Shown here: piece after piece, positions 28,137 to 40,382 of the stretch | Numbering within the stretch: the first letter of the stretch is position 1 | Layout of the letters: every line of letters starts with the position of its first letter | Assembly: GCF_009914755.1 (NCBI RefSeq) | Contig: NC_060927.1 | Reading direction: 5' to 3' (one strand) | Length of the DNA: 64,000 bases | Source of the DNA: the human T2T-CHM13v2.0 reference genome, Homo sapiens | Notes under the pieces: model-generated | The model's input: the letters and a program-made list of their open reading frames with translations, nothing else | The model's database searches: none | What the model was told of the DNA's origin: nothing | Position numbers and translations under genes: made by a program

Positions 28137-31105
28137 ATAAATAAAGATCGGGAACAATAAAATACTGTCTTCTCAGTATTTCCCAGGGCATCCCTCTGAG
28201 ACTGCAGGCTTGTGTGCATCTGCTTCAGATAGTGCATGGCTATTCAAGTTCTGAATATTGTATCATTTCACAGTCCAATCCTGCTGAGGTAACATAAAAC
28301 TTGCCTTCATTACATATATGCTTTGTTACCACAACAGATTCACACAGGTATTAACTTAAAAAAAAAAAAAAAACTGACCACATATTATCCTGGAAACCTC
28401 AGGCTTTCTGGAAGCTTATGTAGTCTGGGGCAGATGGCATGAGAATTGCCGCACTTGGAGTACACAGACTCCCCACAATAAGTCGTCACGTGCTCTGTTA
28501 CCTGCCTTGGCTTTTTCAGATACGCATTATCATCTGATACATGCAAAAAAAAAAAAAAAGCCGCTCTTTCTGTTCCCAAATTCCAAAAACAAAAGTAAAA
28601 TAAATTTAATCATGTTACCAACTTCTTAACCTTAAGGCCTTTTTTTCACAAGGAAAAATATCCTAATAACTTTATCATTAAGTTGAAATGCTCCTCTTTC
28701 ACTCAGCTACACAAGATTTTTCAGTAAGAATTAGCTGCACTAATTAATTACTACCTATTACTTCAAAAATAATTACTTGGTGAAAGTAAAGCAACTGGTA
28801 GTACTATTTCTACTAACCTTAACCATCACCAGCAGGATGAAATAATTGATTTTCTTTTGGTGTTTTATTGAACAAAGATTACCTTCATACTCTGTCTTTG
28901 GAAAAGCAGCACTGTATTAAATCACATATTGTAGACTTAAAATTAAATTGCCCATAAACGTCAATATTGCCAACAGTACAGAGTGGTAACTTATTCATGC
29001 CACTTCTTTAAACTCACCACACATTAATGTGCTAATGTGATGGAAAATAAAGAATCATCATGTGCCTTCCAAATGCTGCTTTCCCTGTTGTTTATATATG
29101 TATTTTGTAAGTGACTAGAAGACTGTTTCATCAGCTAAGGGATGCCTTGCCAAAAGAAATGACATAATCGTTAACTAATTACAACTAAATGATAGCATCA
29201 CACATTTTGACAGGTTAACACACATTCTATTACAAGTTGGAAACTTGAGAAAGAGAATAATAAAGCTACTACTCTTGCAAAATCCTCAAATGCCAATAGG
29301 GAAAATAAACTCTTTAAGGATTTTCACCAACCATGTGTTTTTCTTTTTCTTCTTGCCCTCATTGTACAAAAGCAAACAATGTGAAGTTGAGTTAACATTC
29401 TAAACTAATTCAGTAATCAATTAACTTATTTTTACCAATTTTATCCAATTATAAATCAGAGTCTACCCACATTCACAGTTTAAACATGCTGAAATCATCA
29501 TTTTGGGCCCTTTTCCCCTTTATCAGTGAAGCAGCAAGATACATGTGGGCTCAGATATAAAAAGAACAAGGAAAACCAGGAGAGGAAAATTGGTATTTTC
29601 AGATGTAATCTAGTTCATTAAAAATCCAAAAGCAAAACACAAAGACGTGCCTGAAATGGCATATTACCAGAATTGTCTCTGAAGAGCTTCTCAGTTTAAC
29701 TGAAAAAAAAAAATTTTAGAAGGATTAATAAAAAATTAAATCATCTATTTTATAATTTCTTACAAAATGACTCCAATACTATAAGTAGAGTGTCTCATTG
29801 TTCTCAATCACCCCATACATATTATACCAAAATTCTTCAGAAAAGAAAAAAAAATAGAGAGTGCTTTCTAAGCCCTGTCCTTTAGAAAGTAAATAAGATG
29901 ACAATTAAAGAATTGTTCTCCACCCTTGTAGGTACTGAAGTATATATAAGTAAGTACTACAGACTGTTAAACCCCATACAATGTGACCGGAGAATCACTA
30001 CATGTCAAGTGGCATGCATTTAAGTATAGAATATCTAGTTGTTGGGTTTTTTCTTTTAGTTTACTTATTATAGCTTGTAAAAAATTTTCCCTTAATTCTA
30101 CTGTTATAAAATTTCACTAGCAAAGACGTAAAGTTGGCCAGTTTGCTACTGCTAGGGTAATGAGTAAAGAGAGTTGGCATATCAAACTAAACACTGGGCA
30201 AACACAAAACATTGGAAATCAATTACAATATAATATAAGAAGTAAGTCATTTAAGATATTTTGTCCTTAAGACTTGATATGGAATGATAAAAATTTTAAA
30301 TGACTATATATTTTCCTTGTGGGAGAAAACTGAATGATTACTTAGCATACAACAAAAGAGAATCTAAAAGGAAGGAATGTTAACATAAGAAGATGAAATG
30401 AGATCCATATGTTAAAGGGTGATATTAGTATTGCAAACCCCCAAAAAATTGTAGAAAAAATTAAATTACTTACCTTTCTAGTTCAGTACAAATGTCCTAC
30501 AGCTAATTATCATGAAATATTGCCTGGAAATTAACCAGTCATGTTGTGTTTCTATCTCCAGATTTACAATTAGTAATGCTATTAATGTGGTTCCTGTACT
30601 TAGCGTTACTAATTATATTGCTATGAACTAATGGTGTTAAAAATAGCAATAGCCATCAACTACCAATTAATGCTTAATGAGAGCATATAAACCCTGGCAT
30701 TGTAATGAATTTCAAAATTATGGTTGCTTGTATTCCTTTTGCAATCATGCAAAAATGGGTGTAACCAGTAACCACTGAAGTAGGGCATTGACTGAAAGCA
30801 TAGTTACCACATCATTGCAGGAAAATCAAGAGAAGAAATAAATGGCTCCTTCAAGGAATATATATGTGTCCTTTTAATCTTACAATTCAACACACAGATT
30901 TTTGGAAAGATTCTTTTCTAGTTACGCATATAAAAACACAGCTGAAGCATGATTTGTAAAGATGTTGTTTCAAACCTATGAATAAAATAGGACTTTTTTT
31001 AAAAACTTTGGAAGATTAGTTTCTATAAAAGAACCAGTCAACAAATCATTTATCCTAGAATTTACATAGGGTATAATATCTCAGAAGTTCAGACATAAGA
31101 TAGGG

Positions 31106-31420
31106 ATATTAGCTAGGTTAAGCTGGGTTATGCTACAGTAACAAATACCCACCAATGGCTTAACATTCAAAAATTTATTTCTTGTTTATGGTGTATGTCC
31201 AGCATTGTCACTTAGGGACTAATGCTCACTAGTTACTCAGGAACCCAGGCTGAAAGAGATTCCATCTTGTCATGTGTTTTCATTACCTGCAGAGGGAACT
31301 GGGAAAATTGTCTTCTGTCTATTATTTCTATCCAAAAGTGACTTATATTACTTTAGATGACATTTCATTGGGAAAAAAAAACAAGTCATATGCTTGTGTC
31401 TAAGTTCAAACTGATGGAGA
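31106..31420 (-). mobile_element. Old MLT1 (J/K-like) LTR remnant
   Basis: ctgggttatgctacagtaacaaat...atggcttaaca...tttatttcttg...actcaggaacccaggctga. Confidence 0.7.
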
Positions 31421-31956
31421 ATGACAGCAAGAAAGAGAAAAACTAGAAAACCAAGAAACAACTATATATGTTTTAGTACTTTGGCACTGTTTTAATGACC
31501 AAAGCAAGAAGACTTTCTCTAAAATGGAAAACTTCACTGGGGAACTGTCTGGTGGTAAGGGAATATTGAATAAACACCAATACATCTCTCTGAGTCTCTG
31601 GAAATATGTTATTTGACCTTGTCACTAAAAAAGCCATTTCCTACAATGGGCTATGTGTATTTTCCTAGTAGTACACAGAACTGCGGTATTTATCTTTTCA
31701 ACTTCAAAAATGTACTTTAATATTTTATCTTGACAGCAGCCTTTTCATCCCTTGGTCCCAGTCAAAACTATAGTGAATTTCAGAAATAGTAAAGAGTAGA
31801 AGTCACCATAGAATGAGGTAAGCAAAGGAGGAGCTTAGCCAATAAAGTAGCTAATGATGTGAGCATATTATGTGTATGTGTTGGTGTATTGTCAAACCAG
31901 TACAAAAATATAATTAAGAAATCCACACTAATTATGCCAATTAGACACTAAAGAAG

Positions 31957-32574
31957 TGTTATAAATAAGACTATACCACCCCAAAATATAACAGCGACGT
32001 AGTTCACGAGATGGCACCCCAGAATATACCCAAAATATAAGTTTTGGTATATTGACTATTTTGAGGTTGAGGCATTTTGAAAAACAGCAAATGAAAGGAG
32101 AATCTTTCTTTGAACTCCCTTTGCCTACCTAAAGACAAATCTTCCAAAATAAACTCCATTGTTATAAACCATCTCCCCATGAGTTTCATCAACTAGGAAG
32201 ATGGACTCTTATTACTGGAGCAGAAACTAGAAGTTGACAACACCCTGACAAACTTTGTCTGAATCTATCATTATCTCCCATCTATTCTTCCTAAGGACCC
32301 ATTCATCTTTCCTAAAAATCATTTATTCTCCTCTAAGTAACCAACATCTCTCTTCCCTTTCCCTATTAAAATGGTTTGTAAACTCTCACATCTCATGGTT
32401 TTGTGCGGTATTAGTTTTTTCTTATAATTCCCTTGTGGACATATTAAAAATTAATAAAGTTGTATGCTTTTTCTCTTGTTAATCTTCCTGTTCTCAGTTT
32501 TTCTTTGTTTTGTTTTGTTTTGTTTGTACACCCAGCTACCAACCCTAGGATGATAAAGTCTTTATTTCCCTGCA
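31957..32574 (+). mobile_element. MER34/MER39-family ERV1 solo LTR
   Basis: TG...CA termini, ccaccccaaaatat motif, aataaagttgtatgcttttctcttgttaatct; 4-bp TSD gaag (31953-31956 / 32575-32578). Confidence 0.82.
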
Positions 32575-33414
32575 GAAGATTTAAAAAAGACACTAAAGAA
32601 GACTCTTAAGACTTAACCACAATTCTTACAAATCTACACTTTACTGAAGGAGAAGGATAAAATATAGCATGAGCATTTTAGTAAGAATATGCATCCCAGC
32701 CAAAGGCTGTCTTACAGCAAGGGGTCCAGAGTGGTCTGATGCAGGCTCCAATTGTCCTCCTTTTTGCGAGGCCATACTGGATGCACTTTCTCACTTGCAT
32801 CAGTGACATCCAACATGTGCATGGAACGCCTAGAAAACAGGGGCTCAAAATAAAGTCTTGGTTGGGTCTTCTCATATTCTACTGATCCAAAGGGTCATCA
32901 CTGTTATGTGACTTGCCATAATGGTGGAGTCCACTGGCATCACACCTGAACAGGGTATAAACTGTCAATCTTGCTGTTACTAATAGCCTATACTGACAAG
33001 CTGGAACAAACTGTCCTGAAAGTTGTCTGATAAGTATGGTTATAAAATTATACTATTAATTATGTTTTTTTCATCCCAAGGCCAAGGCTCAGCATCATTA
33101 AGTTATATCTCTTACAAAGCAGCTTAGGACAATCCCAAAATAGAAGTAGCACTCATAGCACAGCATCCAAATAGGTTTCACAAACTGCTAAGCATATGAA
33201 CTTAGAAGGACACTTATAGTATTAATAGAGCAATTCAAAATACTGGGGTTTAAGGATGAGCATACTTCTTGGCAAGGGACATATCTACATTGTCTGAAGT
33301 TATTTCCAAACTGCATCCCACCCCTCCGCCCCACTTCAGTGTCCTCCAAAACTTAAAGACTGTCGTTGTGCTGAGGCACCGAAACTGAGGCTGGTATGTT
33401 TTAGGAGTACTTGC

Positions 33415-33870
33415 TATTCTAGTTACTATTCTGTGTGTAACATATTGCCTCACAACTTAGAAACTTAAAACAACTATTTTATTAGACTTGCTGAATTTAT
33501 GCTTCAAGAATCTGGAAAGAGTTCATCATGATGGAGTATCTACTCTGCTATGTCTGGGGCCTCAGCTGGAAGGACTTGAAGGCTAGGGGCTGGAATCTTC
33601 TCAAAGACTCCATCAGTCACATGTCTGATGGTTGATGCTAGTTGCCAGCAAAGACTTCAGCTGTGCTCAGCCAGAACACCTACACACAACATCAACATCC
33701 ACCAGCACCTCTCTCTGGGGTCACGTCACAGCAGGTAGCCAAATATTTCTTACATGGTGCCTCAGGGCTCCAAAATTGAGTGCACAAAGAGAGAGGAAGT
33801 AGAAATGTCAGTTTTTGTTTTTGTTTTTTTCCAAAGTTCTGGAAACTAGTCCAGCATAACTTCCACTAGT
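33415..33870 (-). mobile_element. MLT1 (F/G/H-like) LTR remnant
   Basis: gtgtaacatattgcctcacaacttagaaacttaaaacaac...ctggggcctcagctggaaggacttgaaggctaggggctggaatc. Confidence 0.75.
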
Positions 33871-34154
33871 CCAGCTTCCTCATTCCACACAGGTGGCTTC
33901 ATGAACAGCTGACTGTGCTTGTGGGAAACTTTGAGGCCTATAAGGCAGCTCCTCCCTCTGGGAGCATGCTGAGCTATCAACTGCTCTACTTATCTCTGCA
34001 AAGATATCTGCATCTTATATTATTTAAAAAATTGTATGTCTTTCGAAAGCATCTGTTGGTGCCTTTCTGTCAATCACAATACTGCCTTATTGTGACTATC
34101 ATGCATTTATAAAGTGAACTTCTAAGAAAATATAAACAACATGGCTTTTAAAAA

Positions 34155-34225
34155 TTTCCAACTTTTATTTTAAGTTCAGGGGTACATGTGCAGGATGTGC
34201 AGGTTTGTTACATAGTTAAACACGT
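34155..34225 (-). mobile_element. Extremely 5'-truncated older L1PA 3' end (~70 bp)
   Basis: aacttttattttaagttcaggggtacatgtgcaggatgtgcaggtttgttacatag; degenerate TSD aacatggctttt / aacctggcttct. Confidence 0.85.
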
Positions 34226-37200
34226 AAACCTGGCTTCTTTTCTAAAGCTGACCTAATTTTTTTAAAATTGTTTGCTTTCTAACTGACAAAATTCTTGTTT
34301 TCACATGCGTAATCCAGTAAAATTATATTTACAACGAGGATAATATTCAAAATATTTAACAGCTAGTGTGTGTTTGGCATGGACTCGTCAGAACAGATGC
34401 CATCCGTAAACAACTAGTACTGGTAGATAGCAATAAAACACCAGTCTTGTTTACAACTCTCTGTGAGTAACTAGTACAAAATTAAAAATAGAAAAGGGAT
34501 CAATAAGTCACTGGCATATCTAAACTTCTCTGAGAGATTTTTAAATGACCAAAAGGCATTCTTAAAATAAATAACATTGTGCGAAGGAACTTGTCTCCTC
34601 CCTAAGAGTTTTTCATACAAATAGAATTTATAGCGATAATACACTGGCAAGCAGCTGGTAGAAATATAGTAGCATTGATGCACTTAAAATTAAGAATTCC
34701 AACATTAGCAAGCCTATTTATTTGTTTGCTTATACATTTATTTATACCTCACTTTGTTTTATGTAAACTTTGAAAAGGCCATATGATATAATGAATAAGA
34801 AGTTCACCGACTGCAGTTAACAATTCTAGAAAACATATTGAGTAAAAGATGGCATAGCTTGGTACAAGTATATTTGAGTTATACTCAGAAATATACGCTA
34901 TAAGTACAACGTGGTTAAATGATTTAATTGTACTTATTAGTGTGCCTGTAAAGTTAATTCAAATGATGCTCAGCAAAGGCAATAAACATATAAAAAAATT
35001 CTATAACTTTCTCCATTCAGCTAATCCATACCCTTTATTTTTGTCTGTGTTATTTTGCTGTACATCTATACAAAATTTTGAGCCTAAATTCATTTGAGTT
35101 TAATTTTTCAAAAGTAGTAAATAATATGATTTATTATGTTTTAATTTACATCTGTGCTTTCCCCAAAGGTAAAGGTAAAAGATCCAGTTTGATCTCTGTA
35201 CTTATACCATCCTCAGCCTCTATTTATCATATAAACACTGGTGCTAATTAAAATAATGGATTCTTTTAGTAACACATTCCAGCTAAACCCAGAATCACAG
35301 AATAATAATTTTTACCATATAGGGGAGAGATTTCATCAAACAATGAGTGTGTCTATATAGTTAGGCATTTTTACTGCATTTCTTTATGGTTTGCATATTA
35401 GACATATTTTAAATCCCATGAGTCCTGCAGTAAATTTTATACATTGTTAAATATTTTGTCCTTGACTGATTCTCAACTTTATCTAATACATTTTTATATT
35501 TGTAATTCATTTTTGTTTTAATGTTGTTTCTTCATTTCTAAAACTATGACTTCTAATCAACCTATTGATATTTTTATTTCTATATTATTTTGCAATTCAC
35601 TGCAATTCATCACAGAACTTGACATATTTATTAACTATAAATGGGTTGTGGCCAAATTAAGTCATTAAATATGCTGTGTGACTTTCCCTAAAATATGCAT
35701 GGCTCTTCTAATTAAAACAAATATTTATTTATGAAATTACATAGGTTGTCTAACTCCTTGAACATTAGGAGATATAAAAGATACACACCATTATATTGAA
35801 TAACTCTGGCATGACAACTGTTTCAATTTAACCTTTGGATTTAAAGCTCTATTTTCATTATAATCCATATGTATGGATGTGTCAGCAAATGTTCACGATC
35901 AAAGAGAATATTGTGTATACTATATTCGCATTACACATTTATCTTTCCAATGGGTCATGCATAAATGAGGAATAATAACATCAATAAACAAAACCTATAC
36001 ATAATAATATAAAATATTCATCTTTGCCAATAGTTTCAATCTCTATTCCACCAAATCATCCCAAAATTTGTTAATCAGCAGCAAAATGGACAGACACAAA
36101 GGTCACACCCTTGCCTTGTCCATGCTCTAGAGGAAGTGTTAATGAGCATAAAATTAGCCAAAAGTTGGCAGCAGTTAGATGAAAGAGAAGCAGGAGGTCT
36201 GTGGATAATTCACAAACTAATCACCTTCTGAGTAGTTGGAAATAGGCCACCATCATTTTAAACTTAGTTACAGTCCAGTATGCATTTTTCCTGTGAGCAC
36301 CTTTGTTGCACATTGCATAATATCTATTTCCATTTCTGCCATGACCACAAACTAAACTTGAATGATTTTATAATGATTTAAAGAAAAGCCTATAAAAATT
36401 CAAAAGCACACTCCTAGAGCACCTTCTGTGTGCTTGGATATATCCAAGGCTCAAGGAATACTGGGATGAACAAGATACATTTTCTTTCTTCATGGCACTT
36501 AAATTCCAGTGGAGAAGACCTACAATAAATAAGTAAATGGTGCCTTGCAAATTATTCTATCGCTGAGCAATATTATTGGAAATAGGAGTTATGGAAGGCA
36601 TATTGAGTCGGCTGAGGAGAAAGTGGGTGATGTCTAAAAAGAGTCAATACACTACTCATTCTAGAAGCTCAAAGTTTAGAAGAATAGGAAGAGGCTTCTT
36701 GTTCTAAGCCTGTGTCCAGGCAATATTTTCTCTACAATTTCTTTCAGGTAAGTTGCTTTCCTGATTGCAACTATTCCCACTCATCCATCTTTGCTTTTCT
36801 AAAATGCCATTTAAATATGCAACTGCCCTGCTCCAAAATCTATTACAAAAATAATCAGCTATTTAATGTGCATGACTTCCAAGATCTGTTTCCAGCCCAC
36901 AGCCCTAATCATCTTAATCTATAAAACATACACCTGGCTCATCAGACAAGCATACTCATCTGCCATGTTCATTCACGCACTAGGCTTCTATCGCTTAACC
37001 CTGCCCTTAACCCAACATGGTTTAGGAAATCCAGCATGAGTGCTACCTCCAGCTTTCTCTAAAATGGTGACACAACAGAAAAAAGATAAGCTTTGGAGTT
37101 AAATTCCCAGGTGAAAAGCCCCTGGGCCTCCCTGAAATCTAGTTTCCTCGTCTGCAGAATGAAATGAAATAATCAATACTGTCTCAAGAATATGGTAAAG

Positions 37201-37683
37201 AGAATACTGAACCCATACTAACCTTGCTTTATTTTAATTTCTCTTTCATTTATTGACATAATGCTATTTTTATCTTTGTTTTATCTAATAATATTGATGA
37301 CATTTGTTAATTCTGTCACTCAAGCAAAATTGCAGTCCTATGAGGACATACACCGTATTTCTCTCTTCTGTGTTCCTTGCTACAGTGCTGGACATACTGA
37401 AAATGCTCAAAAATATGTACTTACCAATTGATGAATGAGATACATGATTGCCAATAAGTTAAAAGAAATAATTGAATAATTAATGTTTTTGATGTAGTAC
37501 AAGGGTGCTTCATCATAAGCGTAACTGGTTAGCAATGAAATCCAGCTTTGTCAAATAATAAAAAAAGAGAAATAAAATAATGCGAATAAGGTGGAAATAT
37601 TTTACCAAAAATTTTAATATTTCCTAAAATTTAATTTTGGGACATTCAGAAAGAAGGAAGGTATTTACATAAGAAAGATAGAA

Positions 37684-38223
<540 letters not shown>

Positions 38224-38977
38224 CTATACTGAATCTATTCTCAAATTCTCACATTTAACCTCAGAAATGTAGATGATATATGCTTGAAAATAATGTTTTT
38301 TTTCTACAAAGCAAGGTCATCATCTCTACAACTCAAAAAAAAGGTAACAAAACTTTGTGTTTACACATTTAGAAAAAACTAAAGGGAAAAAGTGCATTTT
38401 TAAAAATGCAGAATTTTCTAACTTTTAAAAAGTAAGTAATATGTGTTTCATATTAAATAAAATATTAAACATCCATATTTCAAGTAAAAGTTAGCAGGAT
38501 ATGCCCTCCTATCCCCATTCTGCTGGGATAATACAAATGTGTTTCCCATTTCATATTTCATAATTAAGCACAAAACACCATCTAATGAAGTTTTTAGGAT
38601 ATCTTATTCAAATAGTGATTCAGAGAATCCTGTAGATGAATAAAAATACATGATCAGAAATGCCTGCACAGCCACAAAATCTCAACTATGTAATTAGGGG
38701 ATCTGTTTTGTGTCTAGCTCAAATTACATATTATTTGATAAATATGTGTTTATCTGGTTATGAGACAAAATTCTCCCTCCTTTATGTTTGAATCCACATC
38801 TCTGATAATCAAAAAAGTATATACTTGATATACTTGAATTCATGAGAAACATACTCACTGAGTTCTAATAACATTTTCCACCAAACTCTTAACGCATTCA
38901 TAATGGTTTATTTAAAATAAGTATTTATTAAAAATGTAATAAAACATGACAGTTATCATTGTCTGACTTGCAAGTAA

Positions 38978-39140
38978 CAGGACCTAAATTCGAATTCTGG
39001 CTTTTTCATTTGCCAGCTTTACAGTATTACTTTAAAGAAGTTACTTAACCTCTCCAAGGCTTACTTTTATCATTTATAAAATGAGGTTAATGATACAACC
39101 ACAGAGATCTTGAAAGAATTAAGTGTTCAATATATATTAA
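38978..39140 (+). mobile_element. MIR SINE
   Basis: gacctaaattcgaattctggct...aagttacttaacctctccaaggcttacttttatcatttataaaatgagg. Confidence 0.75.
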
Positions 39141-39864
39141 TAACTGTTAAAACTAACTGCTTCCTGGCCTCAAAACTGAAAACCTTAAGGATGTATTATA
39201 TAGAGAGTTTGCCTGTGTATCTGCCTCAGTACTTGGCTAAGTGACTGACATATAATATAGATATAATATTTTATGAGTAAATTAAATGAAAATAATTTGG
39301 GAGTTGAATGCAAAATATTTCTATATGCCTATACACTTGCAGGGTACCATCCAGAAAAGTTTTTCAGGATGTCATATTATTCTAAGCCATTGGTCAGGAT
39401 GGAGGGAGAGAAGGACTTAATGAGATAAGGGGTTCCTCTGTGACTTTACTTTTGACATTTGAACAAGATAGTGCTGAAATTTAAATCTACTCGTATAGAT
39501 TTCAAGTTCACTTACATATATACTTAAAAACTCTCCTATGTTGTTCAAATAATTAAATTTATTGCTTTTCAGAATTTATGCAGAATTGTGAGGCAAAACT
39601 TAAAAAATTATATGAGAATAAAGGCCAGAAGGTGAGTATAGGAAGGAAGCAAAACTATCTCAATAATTTAGGTTATAAAAAATTCTTATGTGAATGAGTT
39701 ACAGAATTCTCAAGCTTTATTTGAGATAAGACACAAAACATGAAGCTGAGAATTGTAATTATTTCCTACAACAAAAAGTAGAAATAATTTAACACATAAT
39801 GTTCTAATAATTTGACATTTATTCATTGAATATATATTTTTCTAAGGTATTTTTAGGTCCATCT

Positions 39865-40382
39865 TGTCCATACAGTAGCCACTAGACACATGAGACTATT
39901 TAAATTTAAATTTATATTAATTAATATTTAAAAATCACGCTAGGCACGGTGGCTCACACCTGTAATCCCACCACTTTGTGAGGCCAAGGCGGTCAGATCA
40001 CTTGAGGCTAGGAGTTCAAGACCGGTCTGGCCAACATGGGGAAATCCTGTCTCTATTAAAAATACAAAAATTAGCCAGACGTGGTGGTGCATGCCTGTAG
40101 TTCCAGATACCCAGGAAGCTGAGAGATGAGAATCGCTTGAACTTGAGCATGGGAGGCAGAGGTTGCCATGGATCTGCAGCCTGGGAGTCGAGATCACACC
40201 ACCACACTCCCGCCTGGGTGACAGAGCAAGACTGTGTCTCAAAAAAAATAAAATTAAAATTTGTCCCTCAGTCACACTAGCCACATTTCAATTGCTCTAT
40301 AGCCACATGTGACCAGTGATTACCGTATTGGATAGTTCAGAAAACATTTTTATCATCACAGAAAGTTTCATAGGACAATAAC
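39865..40382. mobile_element. MER3-type hAT-Charlie element interrupted by an Alu
   Basis: cagtagccactagacacatg...tttaaatt on the left; ctcagtcacactagccacatttcaa...gccacatgtg...ccgtattggatag...atcacagaaagtt on the right. Confidence 0.8.
39939..40255 (+). mobile_element. AluS (Sx/Sz-like) SINE with small internal insertions
   Basis: agatcacttgaggctaggagttcaagacc...gaatcgcttgaac; A-rich tail. Confidence 0.92.

Noticed and set aside
32678-32970. GC-richer patch with a minus-strand VTDASE peptide resembling a retroviral RNase H motif
   Set aside because: Only a four-residue match and the surrounding residues do not fit; cannot be assigned without a Dfam/BLASTX search.
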